DNA of 64,000 nucleotides from Xylographa opegraphella (Eukaryota): NCBI GenBank assembly GCA_022813865.1, contig JALDZX010000026.1, positions 1 to 64,000 of the forward strand, read 5' to 3'. Shown piece by piece: positions 63,871 to 64,000 of this stretch (position 1 is its first letter; each line of letters starts with the position of its first letter). The notes under the pieces were generated by a model. It saw only the letters and a program-made list of their open reading frames with translations, ran no database searches and was not told where the DNA came from. The position numbers and the translations under genes were made by a program.

Positions 63871-64000
63871 TGCGAGCATTGCTTACAATGTGGAATGAAC
63901 GAAGATAACTACTAAACTACGCTATTCCGATGATGCTCAGCAGCATTCTGCTGAGCCGAGCACGCGCCACGCTAAGACCGAAGCCCTACTACCCTACGCG

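Noticed and set aside
1..64000. Transposable element or Starship-type mobile element carrying the immune genes
   Set aside because: No transposase, reverse transcriptase, tyrosine recombinase, LTRs or terminal inverted repeats were recognisable in this window.

Overview
Gene-dense, intron-containing DNA from a filamentous ascomycete (Pezizomycotina, probably Eurotiomycetes; inferred from gene content and GT-AG introns with CTRAC-type branch sites). About 21 protein-coding genes. Most are conserved housekeeping genes: MPH1/FANCM helicase, a ferric/cupric reductase and CTR copper transporter pair, an amidohydrolase, MDE1, calnexin, methylmalonate-semialdehyde dehydrogenase, an ATG14-like gene, a WD40 protein, a methyltransferase, a chitin synthase activator with a class IV chitin synthase, a GH17 glucanase, PEX13, a TOS1-like gene and ATG6. 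The stretch from about 40.5 to 56.5 kb, between the chitin synthase and PEX13, holds two head-to-head pairs that look like regulated-cell-death (immune) modules. (1) A fungal gasdermin-like gene is paired with an NLR-like gene whose N-terminus is a CHAT caspase-like protease; an intron splits its Walker A motif. (2) A HeLo-like/pseudokinase-like gene is paired with a HeLo-like/zinc-finger/ankyrin gene. All calls come from reading motifs by eye. No database searches were run, and exon boundaries are manual predictions.
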